From assembly GCA_939792625.1 (NCBI GenBank), contig CALNFG010000001.1, positions 1-38,539 of the forward strand: DNA of 38,539 nucleotides, in the 5' to 3' direction. Below, piece after piece: positions 28,065-38,470 of the stretch. Within the stretch, counting starts at the first letter, position 1, and each line of letters starts with the position of its first letter. The position numbers and the translations under genes are program-made. Under the pieces are notes generated by a model. It saw only the letters and a program-made list of their open reading frames with translations. It did not search any database and was not told the DNA's origin. This stretch comes from an uncultured Prevotella sp. (GTDB taxonomy: Bacteria; Bacteroidota; Bacteroidia; Bacteroidales; Bacteroidaceae).

Positions 28065-29219
28065 TCAATGCTCACATTCCTTCCTCAGCAGGCGTACCAT
28101 TGTTTCGGCCGCATTATCGGGAGCATTCTTCTTGCCGAGCCGCCGCCACACTTCGGCATAACCGTCGAGCATGACACGGCGCGAAGACCCTCCGGGCAGG
28201 ATGCAGCCCAACTCATGTGCTATGTTTTCAACGGTAAACGTATCGGCAACAAGTTCTTTCACAACCTCATGCCCGGCAATGAGATTGACAAGAGAAATGT
28301 ATTTCACTTTCAGCAGATGTCTGCGCAGAAACGAAATCAATTTGGAAACAGGTGTTTCATAACATACAACCTGAGGCACATTAAACAGTGCCGTCTCAAG
28401 AGTGGCCGTACCGCTGGTGACAAGAGCCGCACACGAATGTGCCAGCAGCGGATAAGTTTTGTCAAAGACTATCCGCACGTCGTATCCCTCCGTAAAACGA
28501 GAATAATACTCCTGAGGAATCGACGGGGCTCCGGCTACAACAAGCTGATACTCACCGGCGTAACGCGATGCGGCCTTCAGCATTGCAGGCAGATTGTCTT
28601 TTATCTCCTGGCGGCGGCTGCCGGCAAGCAGTGCTATTATCTTGCGCCCTACGGACAGACTGTTGTCCCGACAGAAGCTCTCGGCCGTCTCGCAGTAACC
28701 TGCAAGAAACTCGCTCACCTCATCGGCAGTGGGATTGCCCACATAATGTACAGGATAATGGTGCTTTTCCTCATAAAAAGGCACCTCAAACGGCAGAATT
28801 GAGAACATCGCGCTTACGTCACGCCGAATGTTCTTTATCCTGTACTCTTTCCAAGCCCATATCTTCGGCGATATGTAATAAAACACGGGTATTGACGTGT
28901 TGGCACGCAAGAACTTGGCTATACCGAGATTAAAGCCCGGATAGTCGACAAGTATCACCACATCGGGACGCCACGCAACAATGTCACGCTTGCACAAGGC
29001 CATGTTCCTGAAGATGGTGCGAAGATGAAGCATCACCGGCACAAACCCCATATATGCAAGTTCACGGTAATGCCTGACCCTCACCCCACCGACGGCCGAC
29101 ATAAGGTCGCCGCCGAAAAAACGGAAATCAGCCTCTGCATCAATATGTTTCAGCGAACGCATAAGGCGCGAGGCATGCAGGTCACCGCTTGCCTCGCCTG
29201 CTATAATGTAATAATTCAT
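28065..29219 (-). CDS. lpxB: Lipid-A-disaccharide synthase
   Basis: IAGEASGDLH, LVDYPGFN, YYISPKIWAW, ILPFE, YVGNP, GSRRQEI, TSGTATLE. Confidence 0.96.
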   Translation of the reverse strand: MNYYIIAGEASGDLHASRLMRSLKHIDAEADFRFFGGDLMSAVGGVRVRHYRELAYMGFVPVMLHLRTIFRNMALCKRDIVAWRPDVVILVDYPGFNLGIAKFLRANTSIPVFYYISPKIWAWKEYRIKNIRRDVSAMFSILPFEVPFYEEKHHYPVHYVGNPTADEVSEFLAGYCETAESFCRDNSLSVGRKIIALLAGSRRQEIKDNLPAMLKAASRYAGEYQLVVAGAPSIPQEYYSRFTEGYDVRIVFDKTYPLLAHSCAALVTSGTATLETALFNVPQVVCYETPVSKLISFLRRHLLKVKYISLVNLIAGHEVVKELVADTFTVENIAHELGCILPGGSSRRVMLDGYAEVWRRLGKKNAPDNAAETMVRLLRKECEH

Positions 29220-29403
29220 AATTTACAATTCATGTTTATAATTCATAATTCACAATTCATAATTGGGCAGGGTGCTTTCTCTTGTATTCATACATCCATC
29301 ATTATGCTCCGGCCTATCATAAACTGTGAATTGACACCACCCAATTGTGAATTATGAATTGTCACCGACCCAATTATGAATTACGGATTGTGAATTATGA
29401 ATT
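29213..29403. repeat. Inverted 7-bp tandem repeat array (AATTCAT/AATTCAC versus ATGAATT/GTGAATT)
   Basis: Left arm about 29213-29267, right arm about 29340-29403; overlaps the lpxB start and the surE 3' end. Confidence 0.88.
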
Positions 29404-30140
29404 AAATCATACGCCGTGACATCTATCGTGGTCGGCGTCACAGCCACATAGCCGTGGCGCAAAGCCCAGTTGTCGGTATCTTCGGCATCAGGCTCGTCGT
29501 TGGTGTATTCTCCCACCAACCAATAATAGTCATAACCGCGCGGATGACGTGCCCGCACCACTTCATTGCCCCATGTGCCCTTAGCCATGCGGCATACTTT
29601 TACGCCATTGAACTCAGCCGCCAACGGGAAATTCACGTTCAGACACACGCCCTTTGGCAAACCGTCGCGCAGGACACCGGCCGTGATGCTCCTGACATAC
29701 TTGCGCAGAGGCTCAAAGTCGGCGTCATCGGCATGGTCGCATAACGAGAAAGCCACCGAAGGAATATATTTCATGCAGCCTTCGCGTGTAACCCCCATCG
29801 TACCTGAATAATGAGAATTGACCGAAGCATTGTCACCATGATTGATGCCTCCAATCACGATATCGGGACGTCTCGGGCAAAGCTCGCTTAAAGCCAGCTT
29901 TACACAGTCAACGGGAGTACCGTTGCACGACCACATCTCCATGCCTTCACGCTGTCGGCGCAATTTAAGGCGGAGCGGAGTGACAGCCGAAAAAGCAGTG
30001 GAATAACCGGAACGCGCCGACTCAGGCGCACATACAAGGATATCACCGAAATCAGAAACCATGTCAATCAGCGAATTGATACCTTTGGCATGATAGCCGT
30101 CGTCGTTTGAAATAAGTATTAACGGTTTCATCATTTTCAT
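29352..30140 (-). CDS. surE: 5'/3'-nucleotidase SurE
   Basis: ILISNDDG, GTPVDCV, GINHG.N...YSGT, SVAFS, LNVNFP; start may be 30134 or 30131. Confidence 0.95.
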   Translation of the reverse strand: MKMMKPLILISNDDGYHAKGINSLIDMVSDFGDILVCAPESARSGYSTAFSAVTPLRLKLRRQREGMEMWSCNGTPVDCVKLALSELCPRRPDIVIGGINHGDNASVNSHYSGTMGVTREGCMKYIPSVAFSLCDHADDADFEPLRKYVRSITAGVLRDGLPKGVCLNVNFPLAAEFNGVKVCRMAKGTWGNEVVRARHPRGYDYYWLVGEYTNDEPDAEDTDNWALRHGYVAVTPTTIDVTAYDLIHNSQSVIHNWVGDNS

Positions 30141-30338
30141 TAAAAATAATTTTCTTTCGCCTACAAAAGTACGAAAAAAGGTTTAATCCCGCTATTTCTC
30201 ACATAAAATATGTATTTTTGCAAAATAATTTTAGCGTTGCAGCAACAGACAGGCAAGCTATAAACAGAGAACGATAAGTGGAAGTGTAGGAATCTTATTG
30301 TCTGCCTGTCACTTGTCAACTTGTCAATTATCAAAGAA

Positions 30339-31100
30339 ATGGGAAAAATTATCGCATTAGCAAACCAAAAAGGAGGTGTTGGCAAAACCACCACCACCAT
30401 CAATCTGGCAGCATCGCTCGCCACATTAGAAAAAAAGGTTCTGGTAATCGATGCCGACCCGCAGGCCAACGCCTCGAGCGGCCTTGGCGTCAACACGAAA
30501 GACATTGACTGTACTTTATATGAATGCATTATTGACAACGCCGACGTGCGCGACGCTGTCTATACGACCGACATTGACGGACTGGACATAATACCGAGCC
30601 ATATCGACCTCGTAGGAGCAGAGATAGAGATGCTTAACATCGAACACAGAGAGCAGGTGATAAAAAAACTGCTTGCTCCCATCAAAAACGACTACGACTT
30701 CATACTGATAGACTGTTCGCCGTCATTGGGCCTGATAACAGTCAACGCCCTGACCGCGGCCAATTCGGTAATAATACCAGTACAATGTGAATATTTCGCC
30801 CTCGAAGGCATCAGCAAACTGCTGAACACCATCAAGATAATAAAAAGCAAGCTAAACCCGAAACTCGAGATAGAAGGCTTTCTGCTCACAATGTATGATA
30901 GCCGTCTGAAGCTTGCCAACCAGATATACGATGAAGTGAAACGCCATTTTCAGGAACTTGTGTTCAAGACCGTGATACAGCGTAACGTAAAACTGAGCGA
31001 ATCACCCAGCCACGGACTGCCCGTGATTCTCTATGACGCAGACTCTACCGGCAGCAAGAACCACCTGGCACTGGCAAAAGAAATAATAAACAAAAACTGA
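30339..31100 (+). CDS. parA: Chromosome partitioning ATPase ParA/Soj
   Basis: NQKGGVGKTTT, DADPQANAS, IDCSPSLG, PVQCEYFALEG, ESPSHG. Confidence 0.96.
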   Translation: MGKIIALANQKGGVGKTTTTINLAASLATLEKKVLVIDADPQANASSGLGVNTKDIDCTLYECIIDNADVRDAVYTTDIDGLDIIPSHIDLVGAEIEMLNIEHREQVIKKLLAPIKNDYDFILIDCSPSLGLITVNALTAANSVIIPVQCEYFALEGISKLLNTIKIIKSKLNPKLEIEGFLLTMYDSRLKLANQIYDEVKRHFQELVFKTVIQRNVKLSESPSHGLPVILYDADSTGSKNHLALAKEIINKN

Positions 31101-31269
31101 GGTTGCATTTAATGTTGTATGGCATGTTGAAGCCATACGGTTATACGGCCAGAAGATTTACAGTTATCAAATGTAACCGGAATCAAATTCGCGACGGCAG
31201 TCATGAGCCATGAAAGGCCAACAGCCGTAAAACCGAATAACAGCAAAACCTCATAACCACATAAACAGA

Positions 31270-32169
31270 ATGGCAGTAAAAAAAAGATACGGCAACGCTC
31301 TGGGACGAGGACTCGATGCACTTATATCCACCGATGACGTACGCCCGCAGGGAAGCTCGACAATAAACGAAATACCTCTGGAACAGATAGAGGCCAACCC
31401 CAACCAGCCGCGAAGAGAGTTTGACCCCACGGCACTGCAGGAACTGGCCAACAGCATACGCGAAATAGGCATAATACAGCCCATAACGCTGCGCCAGATA
31501 GAAGTCAACAGATTTCAGATAATTGCAGGCGAACGCCGCTGGCGGGCATCACAGATGGCCGGGCTAAGGGCCATACCTGCATACATCCGCACCATCAATG
31601 ACGAGAACATCATGGAGATGGCACTCGTCGAAAACATACAGCGCGAAGACCTCAACGCCATAGAAATAGCACTGGCCTATGAACACCTGCTGTCAAGCAC
31701 CGGCATGACCCAGGAAAAGGTGGCCGACCGCGTCGGCAAAAGCCGCACGGCGATAGCCAACTACCTGCGCCTGCTGAAGTTGCCGGCACAGGTGCAGATG
31801 GCATTGCAGAACAAAGAAATTGACATGGGGCACGCACGTGCCCTGCTGGCGATAGACAGCCCGTCACTACAAGTAAAACTGTTTAAAGAAATACAGAAAA
31901 ACGGCTATTCTGTTCGCAAAGTCGAAGAAATGGTACAGAAGCTGAAGAATGGCGAGGACATCGTAAGCGGAAAAAAGAAGATAGCCTCAAAACAACAGCT
32001 GCCGGAAGAATTTACAACGATGAGGCAGCGCCTGTCCGACTTCTTCAGCACTCCCGTGCAGATGTCAGTGTCGGCAAACGGCAAAGGCAAGATAAGCATT
32101 CCTTTTTCCAACGAAAAGGAACTGGAGCAGATAATCAGCATGTTTGACAAACTGAAAGACCAGCAATAA
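31270..32169 (+). CDS. parB: Chromosome partitioning protein ParB/Spo0J
   Basis: LGRGLDAL, NPNQPRREF, IIAGERRWRA, LVENIQREDLN, HTH GKSRTAIANYLRLL. Confidence 0.96.
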   Translation: MAVKKRYGNALGRGLDALISTDDVRPQGSSTINEIPLEQIEANPNQPRREFDPTALQELANSIREIGIIQPITLRQIEVNRFQIIAGERRWRASQMAGLRAIPAYIRTINDENIMEMALVENIQREDLNAIEIALAYEHLLSSTGMTQEKVADRVGKSRTAIANYLRLLKLPAQVQMALQNKEIDMGHARALLAIDSPSLQVKLFKEIQKNGYSVRKVEEMVQKLKNGEDIVSGKKKIASKQQLPEEFTTMRQRLSDFFSTPVQMSVSANGKGKISIPFSNEKELEQIISMFDKLKDQQ

Positions 32170-32173
32170 GGTT

Positions 32174-32989
32174 GTGGATAAAAGATACATACTTTTCATA
32201 TCCATGCTGGCAAGGACATTGGTCGTTTGCATAGTCTTAGCCGTTTCCCTGCCATGCCGCGGAACAGATGTCCCGGCATGGCCATACAGCACGGCCGATG
32301 ATTCTTTGACCGTCGCAAATGACTCATTGGCCACTGCCGAAGATTCTTTGATGACAGTCAGCACATACAACGTCAGCGATTCGGTAAAGGCAATCACCGC
32401 CGCCGTTGATTCGGCAAATCTCAATAATCCGGTAATGAAAGACTCGCTGGCAAAAAAAACAAAAGAAAAACGCGACTGGTCGACATGGAGACCGAATGCG
32501 AAACGCGCTATGTGGCTCGCCATCGTAATACCCGGAGCCGGACAGATATACAACCGCAAATACTGGAAACTGCCGATAGTCTACGGAGGTATCGTTGGTT
32601 GTCTCTACGCCATCAGATGGAACAATCAGATGCTGCACGACTATTCACAAGCCTACATGGACATTATGGACAATGATCCTAACACAGACAGTTATAATCA
32701 GTTCTTGCACCTGGGAGCCACCATAACACCTGAAAACACCGAACGTTATCAGGACTTGTTCAGAAGGCGGAAAGACTATTACCGCAGATACCGAGACTTG
32801 AGCATATTCTGCCTGATAGGTGTTTATGCCTTGTCTGTAATTGACGCATACGTTGACGCTTCACTCTCAGAGTTTGACATATCAAAAGACCTGAGCATGA
32901 AAGTACAGCCGTCGATTATCAACAACGGCTCCTCGCTCAATCCCCTGAAGTCATCATCAGTGGGAATACATTGCTCATTAAATTTCTGA
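32174..32989 (+). CDS. DUF5683 domain membrane protein
   Basis: PGAGQIYNRKYWKLPIVYGG, IDAYVDA.L..FDIS; position between parB and an MltD-like gene; start uncertain (GTG 32174 or ATG 32204). Confidence 0.82.
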   Translation: MDKRYILFISMLARTLVVCIVLAVSLPCRGTDVPAWPYSTADDSLTVANDSLATAEDSLMTVSTYNVSDSVKAITAAVDSANLNNPVMKDSLAKKTKEKRDWSTWRPNAKRAMWLAIVIPGAGQIYNRKYWKLPIVYGGIVGCLYAIRWNNQMLHDYSQAYMDIMDNDPNTDSYNQFLHLGATITPENTERYQDLFRRRKDYYRRYRDLSIFCLIGVYALSVIDAYVDASLSEFDISKDLSMKVQPSIINNGSSLNPLKSSSVGIHCSLNF

Positions 32990-33032
32990 CAAAACAAAAA
33001 AAATATCGCACCAGACATACTATATTTTAATT

Positions 33033-34346
33033 ATGAAGAAAAAACTATTTATCGCCATTACCGCAATGATTTTCGGCGGAAGCTGCGTGATGCAGGCACA
33101 GAACGAAGAAGAAATCATTGTGACAGACAATGACGGCAAAGAAGAAGCCATAGACGTACCGGAAGCAATGAACTTTGAAGTGGACAGCCTCCTGAACCTG
33201 TATTACTCAAAAACTTATCTGCAACCAGACAACGACTGCAATTTTCGTGACGAAAACGTAACTTATCCCAAAGAAGTCTACATAGAAAGACTCGGACGTC
33301 TGCCCAACGTTATGGAAATGCCATATAACGACATTGTGCAGAAGTTCATCGACAGATATACAGGACGTCTGCGCCACTCTGTCAGCTACATGCTCGGCGC
33401 ATCCAACTTCTATACTCCCATATTTGAAGAAGCTCTTGAAAGCTACGGCCTGCCGCTGGAACTGAAATATCTGCCGGTTATCGAGTCGGCACTCAATCCC
33501 ATGGCCACGTCACACGCCGGAGCCGCAGGACTGTGGCAATTCATGGTGGCAACCGGCAAACAATATGGCCTTGAAATAAACTCTCTTGTCGACGAACGGC
33601 GTGACCCGATAAAGTCATCGTTCGCCGCAGCACAATATCTGCGAGACCTATACAAGATATTCGGCGACTGGAATCTTGTCATAGCCGCCTACAACTGCGG
33701 CCCCGAGAACATCAACAAAGCCATTCACCGGGCCGGAGGCGAGGCCGACTATTGGAAGATATACCCCTACCTGCCACGCGAGACAAGGGGATACGTACCG
33801 GCATTCATTGCGGCAAATTATGTAATGAACTACTATTGCGAACACAATATATGCCCTATGCGCACACAGCTCCCGGCCAAAACCGACACAATAGTAGTAA
33901 ACAAAGATGTGCATCTGAAACAAATTGCCGAAGTATGCGGAATTGATATAGACGAACTGCGCACGCTGAATCCGCAATACCGCCGTGACATCGTGAACGG
34001 CAACAACAAACCTTCGGTGATACGCATGCCCGCAACAGCTACAAATACATTCATAGCCAACGAAGATTCAATATACAAATACAAGACCGAAACCCTTTTC
34101 ACAAGACGCTCTCTGGTAGAAGTGGACAACTCGACAAGCGTCAGCAGTACACGCAAGAGTCAGGCCAAGAAAAAAAGCTCGACACGCAGAAAGAGACGCA
34201 CAAGAGTCAAGAGGGTGACCATCAGACAAGGCGATACTCTGTCTGAAATAGCAGAAAGAAACCATACCACAGTGAAAAAACTGCGCCAGCTCAATGGCAT
34301 AAAAGGCAACAACATACGTGCCGGAAAGAAAATCAGGGTGAGATGA
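33033..34346 (+). CDS. Lytic murein transglycosylase (MltD-like SLT domain + LysM)
   Basis: LPVIESALNP, AAGLWQFM, AAYNCG, LPRETRGYVP; C-terminal LysM GDTLSEIA. Confidence 0.92.
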   Translation: MKKKLFIAITAMIFGGSCVMQAQNEEEIIVTDNDGKEEAIDVPEAMNFEVDSLLNLYYSKTYLQPDNDCNFRDENVTYPKEVYIERLGRLPNVMEMPYNDIVQKFIDRYTGRLRHSVSYMLGASNFYTPIFEEALESYGLPLELKYLPVIESALNPMATSHAGAAGLWQFMVATGKQYGLEINSLVDERRDPIKSSFAAAQYLRDLYKIFGDWNLVIAAYNCGPENINKAIHRAGGEADYWKIYPYLPRETRGYVPAFIAANYVMNYYCEHNICPMRTQLPAKTDTIVVNKDVHLKQIAEVCGIDIDELRTLNPQYRRDIVNGNNKPSVIRMPATATNTFIANEDSIYKYKTETLFTRRSLVEVDNSTSVSSTRKSQAKKKSSTRRKRRTRVKRVTIRQGDTLSEIAERNHTTVKKLRQLNGIKGNNIRAGKKIRVR

Positions 34347-34398
34347 GGCTTCAGCCCACACCGCGTCACCTTATATATAATATCAAAAAGACACAGTT

Positions 34399-36672
34399 AT
34401 GGACGAGCAGAATAACATTGACAACACGAAAGAAACGGCCGAAGAAAAACTGGTGAACGATGCATTTCAGCATCTGCTGGACAGCTATTTGTCATCAAGA
34501 CACCGTAAGAAGGTTGATTTGATAACAAAAGCCTTCAACTTCGCAAAACAGGCACATAAAGGCGTACGCCGTTTGTCGGGCGAGCCATATATCATGCACC
34601 CTATCGCCGTAGCCCAGATAGCATGCTCGGAGATGGGCTTGGGTTCGACAAGTATAAGCGCCGCACTATTACACGACGTCGTTGAAGATACCGATTATAC
34701 GGTAGAAGACATAGAGAACATTTTCGGACACAAGATAGCCCAGATTGTCGACGGACTGACAAAAATATCAGGGGGAATCTTCGGCGAAAAGGCTTCGGCT
34801 CAGGCAGAGAACTTCAAGAAACTGCTTCTGAACATGAGCGACGACATCAGAGTAATACTGATAAAGATATGCGACCGCCTGCATAACATGCGTACTCTGG
34901 ACAGTCAGCCTGCCAACAAGCAATACAAAATAGCCGGAGAGACTCTATACATATACGCTCCGCTGGCTAACAGATTAGGACTGAATAAAATCAAAACCGA
35001 ACTTGAAAACCTCAGCTTCAAGTTTGAGCATCCGGAAGAATACAAATCCATAGAAGAACAACTGGCCGACACGCAGTCTTCACGCGACAGCATTTTTGCA
35101 GACTTTACAACCCCCATACGCAAAGCCCTCGACAAAATGGGCCTGGAGTATGAAATAAAAGCCCGTGTAAAAAGCCCTTATTCCATTTGGAACAAGATGC
35201 AGAACAAGCATGTCACATTCGACCAGATATATGACATCCTTGCCGTAAGAATCATCTTCAAGCCCAAAAAACGTGAGGAGGAAGTCAACGAATGCTTCAA
35301 CATTTATGTTGCGATAAGCCAGATATACAAATCGCATCCCGACCGTCTGCGTGACTGGGTAAACCATCCCAAAGCCAACGGATACCAGGCTCTGCATGTC
35401 ACTCTGATGAGCAAACAAGGTCGCTGGATAGAGGTACAGATACGTTCCGACCGCATGGACGAAGTTGCAGAACAAGGTTTTGCAGCACACTGGAAATACA
35501 AAGAGGGTGAAGAGATAACCGAAGACGAAGATAAACTTAACAACTGGCTGCGCACTATAAAAGAAATACTCGACGACCCGCAGCCGGATGCAATGGATTT
35601 CCTTGATGCAATCAAACTCAACCTGTTTGCATCTGAAATATTCGTATTCACTCCGAAGGGCGAAATCAAAACCATGCCGTCAGGATGTACCGCTCTTGAC
35701 TTTGCCTTCCAGATACACACGTTTTTGGGCAGTCATTGCATCGGTGCAAAAGTAAACCACAAGCTGGTACCTCTCAGCCACAAGCTGCAAAGCGGTGACC
35801 AGGTTGAAATACTGACATCCAACTCTCAGCACGTACAGCCGTCGTGGATAAACTTTGCCTCAACAGCAAAAGCAAAAGCCAAAATACAAGCCATATTAAG
35901 AAGAGACGCCAAGGAGACCCAGAAGAAAGGCGAAGAGATATTGGCCGAATTTCTTAAGAAACACTCGCTCGAGCCAAACTCGTCGATCGTCGACAAACTG
36001 TGTGACTTCCATGAAGTGCAGAAACCGGAGACATTGTTCAGGGCGCTCGGCGACAAGACTATAATACTTGGCGACAAAGACATTGACGAGATAAACGGCA
36101 AGAAGAAAAAAAAGAACAAAGGCACTAACTGGCGTAAGTTCGTACCATTCGTGGGAAAAGATAAAAAGAAGAATGCCACTGACAACAAGCCTAATTATTT
36201 CATCGTAAAAGAAGGATTCAACCGCAAAAAACCGGTATTCATCACAGACGAGAACATCAACCAGTTCATATTCCCCCACTGCTGTCACCCGATACCCGGC
36301 GACGACGCACTGGGCTTCATCGACAACAAAAACCGCATAGAGATACACAAGCGCTCGTGCCCCGTGGCAGCAAAGCTGAAATCAAGTTACGGCAACCGCA
36401 TACTCGACGCAAAATGGGACATGCACAAACAGCTTTTCTTTGATGCCACTATCGAAATAAAAGGCATCGACCGCATAGGCATGCTCAACGAAGTCACCCA
36501 GGTCATCTCAGAACAGCTTAATGTCAACATGCACAAAATAGTCCTGTCATGCGACGAAGGAATATTTGACGGCTCGATAGAACTGCGCGTACATGACCGT
36601 GATGACGTGAAAAACATCATCAGCAAACTGAAAAACATAAACGGTCTGCAAGAAATAACACAAATCATATAA
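34399..36672 (+). CDS. Bifunctional (p)ppGpp synthetase/hydrolase, RelA/SpoT family
   Basis: HD domain GEPYIMHP..LHDVVED, synthetase ARVKSPYS, NGYQALH, EVQIRS, TGS FTPKG, CCHPIPGD, C-terminal ACT. Confidence 0.96.
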   Translation: MDEQNNIDNTKETAEEKLVNDAFQHLLDSYLSSRHRKKVDLITKAFNFAKQAHKGVRRLSGEPYIMHPIAVAQIACSEMGLGSTSISAALLHDVVEDTDYTVEDIENIFGHKIAQIVDGLTKISGGIFGEKASAQAENFKKLLLNMSDDIRVILIKICDRLHNMRTLDSQPANKQYKIAGETLYIYAPLANRLGLNKIKTELENLSFKFEHPEEYKSIEEQLADTQSSRDSIFADFTTPIRKALDKMGLEYEIKARVKSPYSIWNKMQNKHVTFDQIYDILAVRIIFKPKKREEEVNECFNIYVAISQIYKSHPDRLRDWVNHPKANGYQALHVTLMSKQGRWIEVQIRSDRMDEVAEQGFAAHWKYKEGEEITEDEDKLNNWLRTIKEILDDPQPDAMDFLDAIKLNLFASEIFVFTPKGEIKTMPSGCTALDFAFQIHTFLGSHCIGAKVNHKLVPLSHKLQSGDQVEILTSNSQHVQPSWINFASTAKAKAKIQAILRRDAKETQKKGEEILAEFLKKHSLEPNSSIVDKLCDFHEVQKPETLFRALGDKTIILGDKDIDEINGKKKKKNKGTNWRKFVPFVGKDKKKNATDNKPNYFIVKEGFNRKKPVFITDENINQFIFPHCCHPIPGDDALGFIDNKNRIEIHKRSCPVAAKLKSSYGNRILDAKWDMHKQLFFDATIEIKGIDRIGMLNEVTQVISEQLNVNMHKIVLSCDEGIFDGSIELRVHDRDDVKNIISKLKNINGLQEITQII

Positions 36673-36711
36673 CCCATCCATAAAAACAAAACATCTTAAA
36701 AACACCCGACA

Positions 36712-37689
36712 ATGAAAAAACTGCTAACCACCCTGCTGGTTGCCGCGGCATGCGTCATGACCGCCGGAGCAGCCAACCCTTACGACAATCCTGACACCAT
36801 ATACGTGTCGAGAGACGGTACCGGACAGTTCCGTACAATCAGCGAAGCCGTAGAGGTATGCCGTGCGTTCATGAGTTACCACAAGGTGATATACGTGAAG
36901 AACGGCGTGTACAAGGAAAAACTCATCATACCGTCATGGCTCACCAACATCGAGATTTGCGGCCAAAGCGCCGACGGCACAATAATAACATACGATGACC
37001 ATGCCAACATTCGCCGCACGGAGACAGGACAGCCGATGGGAACGTTCCGTACATACACGGTGAAAGTGGAAGGCTGCGACATAAAGTTCAAGAACATAAC
37101 GATAGAGAACAACGCCGCAAGACTGGGACAGGCCGTGGCTCTTCACACCGAGGGCGACCGCCTCGTGTTCACTGGTTGCCGTCTGCTGGGCAATCAGGAC
37201 ACGGTCTACACAGGCATGGGCGACACACGCCTGTACTTCGACAACTGCTACATCGAAGGCACCACCGACTTTATCTTCGGCCCTTCTACCGCATGGTTTG
37301 AGAACTGCGAGATACACAGCAAGCAGAACTCATACATCACCGCTGCCTCAACTCCCGAAGGCACACGTTACGGCTACGTGTTCAACCGCTGTCGCCTTAC
37401 GGCCGCCGCCGGAGTGGACAAGGTGTATCTCGGCCGTCCCTGGCGCCCGTGGGCACACACTCTGTTCATGAACTGCGAGATGGGCGCACACATCGTGCCT
37501 GCCGGATGGCATAACTGGGGCGACACGGCAAATGAGAAAACAGCACGCTACGAAGAATATAACAACAGCGGAGCAGGAGCTTCTACGGCACAAAGAGTGG
37601 GCTGGAGCAGACAACTGACAAAAAAAGAAGCCGCACAGGTAACCACAGACAACGTGTTCACCATCAATGACAAATGGACAGTAAAATAA
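36712..37689 (+). CDS. Pectin methylesterase (CE8), secreted
   Basis: Signal peptide; GVYKEK, QAVAL, QDTVY, DFIFG, YLGRPW motifs. Confidence 0.94.
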   Translation: MKKLLTTLLVAAACVMTAGAANPYDNPDTIYVSRDGTGQFRTISEAVEVCRAFMSYHKVIYVKNGVYKEKLIIPSWLTNIEICGQSADGTIITYDDHANIRRTETGQPMGTFRTYTVKVEGCDIKFKNITIENNAARLGQAVALHTEGDRLVFTGCRLLGNQDTVYTGMGDTRLYFDNCYIEGTTDFIFGPSTAWFENCEIHSKQNSYITAASTPEGTRYGYVFNRCRLTAAAGVDKVYLGRPWRPWAHTLFMNCEMGAHIVPAGWHNWGDTANEKTARYEEYNNSGAGASTAQRVGWSRQLTKKEAAQVTTDNVFTINDKWTVK

Positions 37690-37749
37690 CGTGAACATCT
37701 GCAGGAATACACGTTAGCTGCACATTAGCAACCATAAAAAAGAAAGAAA

Positions 37750-38301
37750 ATGAAAAAAGATGCTTCAAAATTGATGACAGAAGAAAAATTCTGGACAATC
37801 ATTGAAAATTCAAATCGTGGACGAAATTTGAAAGAGTGCCTTACTCCACTCTCCGAGGAGGAGTTGTTCGGATTCATGTATTGGTGGAGGCACTTCTGTA
37901 ACATATCTTATAGGCAAGACTTATGGGCAGTAGCCTATGTGGTACTTGGCGGCTGTAGTGATGATGGCTTTGATTATTTCCGATTTTGGCTGATTTCTCG
38001 TGGTCGTAAGATTTTCGAAAAAGCCTTAGAGGATGTTGACTCCCTTTGTGATGTGTTTTTTGAGCTTGAAGACCCAGAAGGTGATGATTATCCTGAACAA
38101 GAGTTGCTGGATTATGCTGCAATGGAGATTCTTAATGAACGAGCTGGGGAAGACGATTATTATGATGTCTTGGAAGAAAACTATTTATTGCCTTCATATA
38201 CTCATGAAATTGAATTTGAATGGGACGAGGATGATGAAGAGTCTATCCGTAAAATTTGTCCACGAACTTTTGATAAATGGAAAGATAATGATGTGTTCTG
38301 A
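37750..38301 (+). CDS. DUF4240 family protein
   Basis: EEKFWTIIE, DLWAVAYVVLGGCSDDGFDYFRFWLISRG; very acidic; AT-rich codons. Confidence 0.85.
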   Translation: MKKDASKLMTEEKFWTIIENSNRGRNLKECLTPLSEEELFGFMYWWRHFCNISYRQDLWAVAYVVLGGCSDDGFDYFRFWLISRGRKIFEKALEDVDSLCDVFFELEDPEGDDYPEQELLDYAAMEILNERAGEDDYYDVLEENYLLPSYTHEIEFEWDEDDEESIRKICPRTFDKWKDNDVF

Positions 38302-38382
38302 ATGTGGTTGCTAACAAGCGGCTTAACCTCCCCTGAAAAGGTCGGTTAGCCACCGAACAATAACATCCTTACCCAACAAGAA

Positions 38383-38431
38383 TCTCTGCCGCCCGTTTAC
38401 CGACTATTCAGTTGATAAACGGGCGGCAGAG
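38383..38431. terminator. Probable bidirectional terminator
   Basis: TCTCTGCCGCCCGTTTA ... TAAACGGGCGGCAGAG stem. Confidence 0.7.
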
Positions 38432-38470
38432 AATTTATATATATTACGCGAGTTCGGGATAAGAAAAAGT

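Noticed and set aside
30141..32173. parS site near parAB
   Set aside because: No TGTTTCACGTGAAACA-like palindrome seen by eye; only a short GTATGGC/GCCATAC hairpin near 31117-31138
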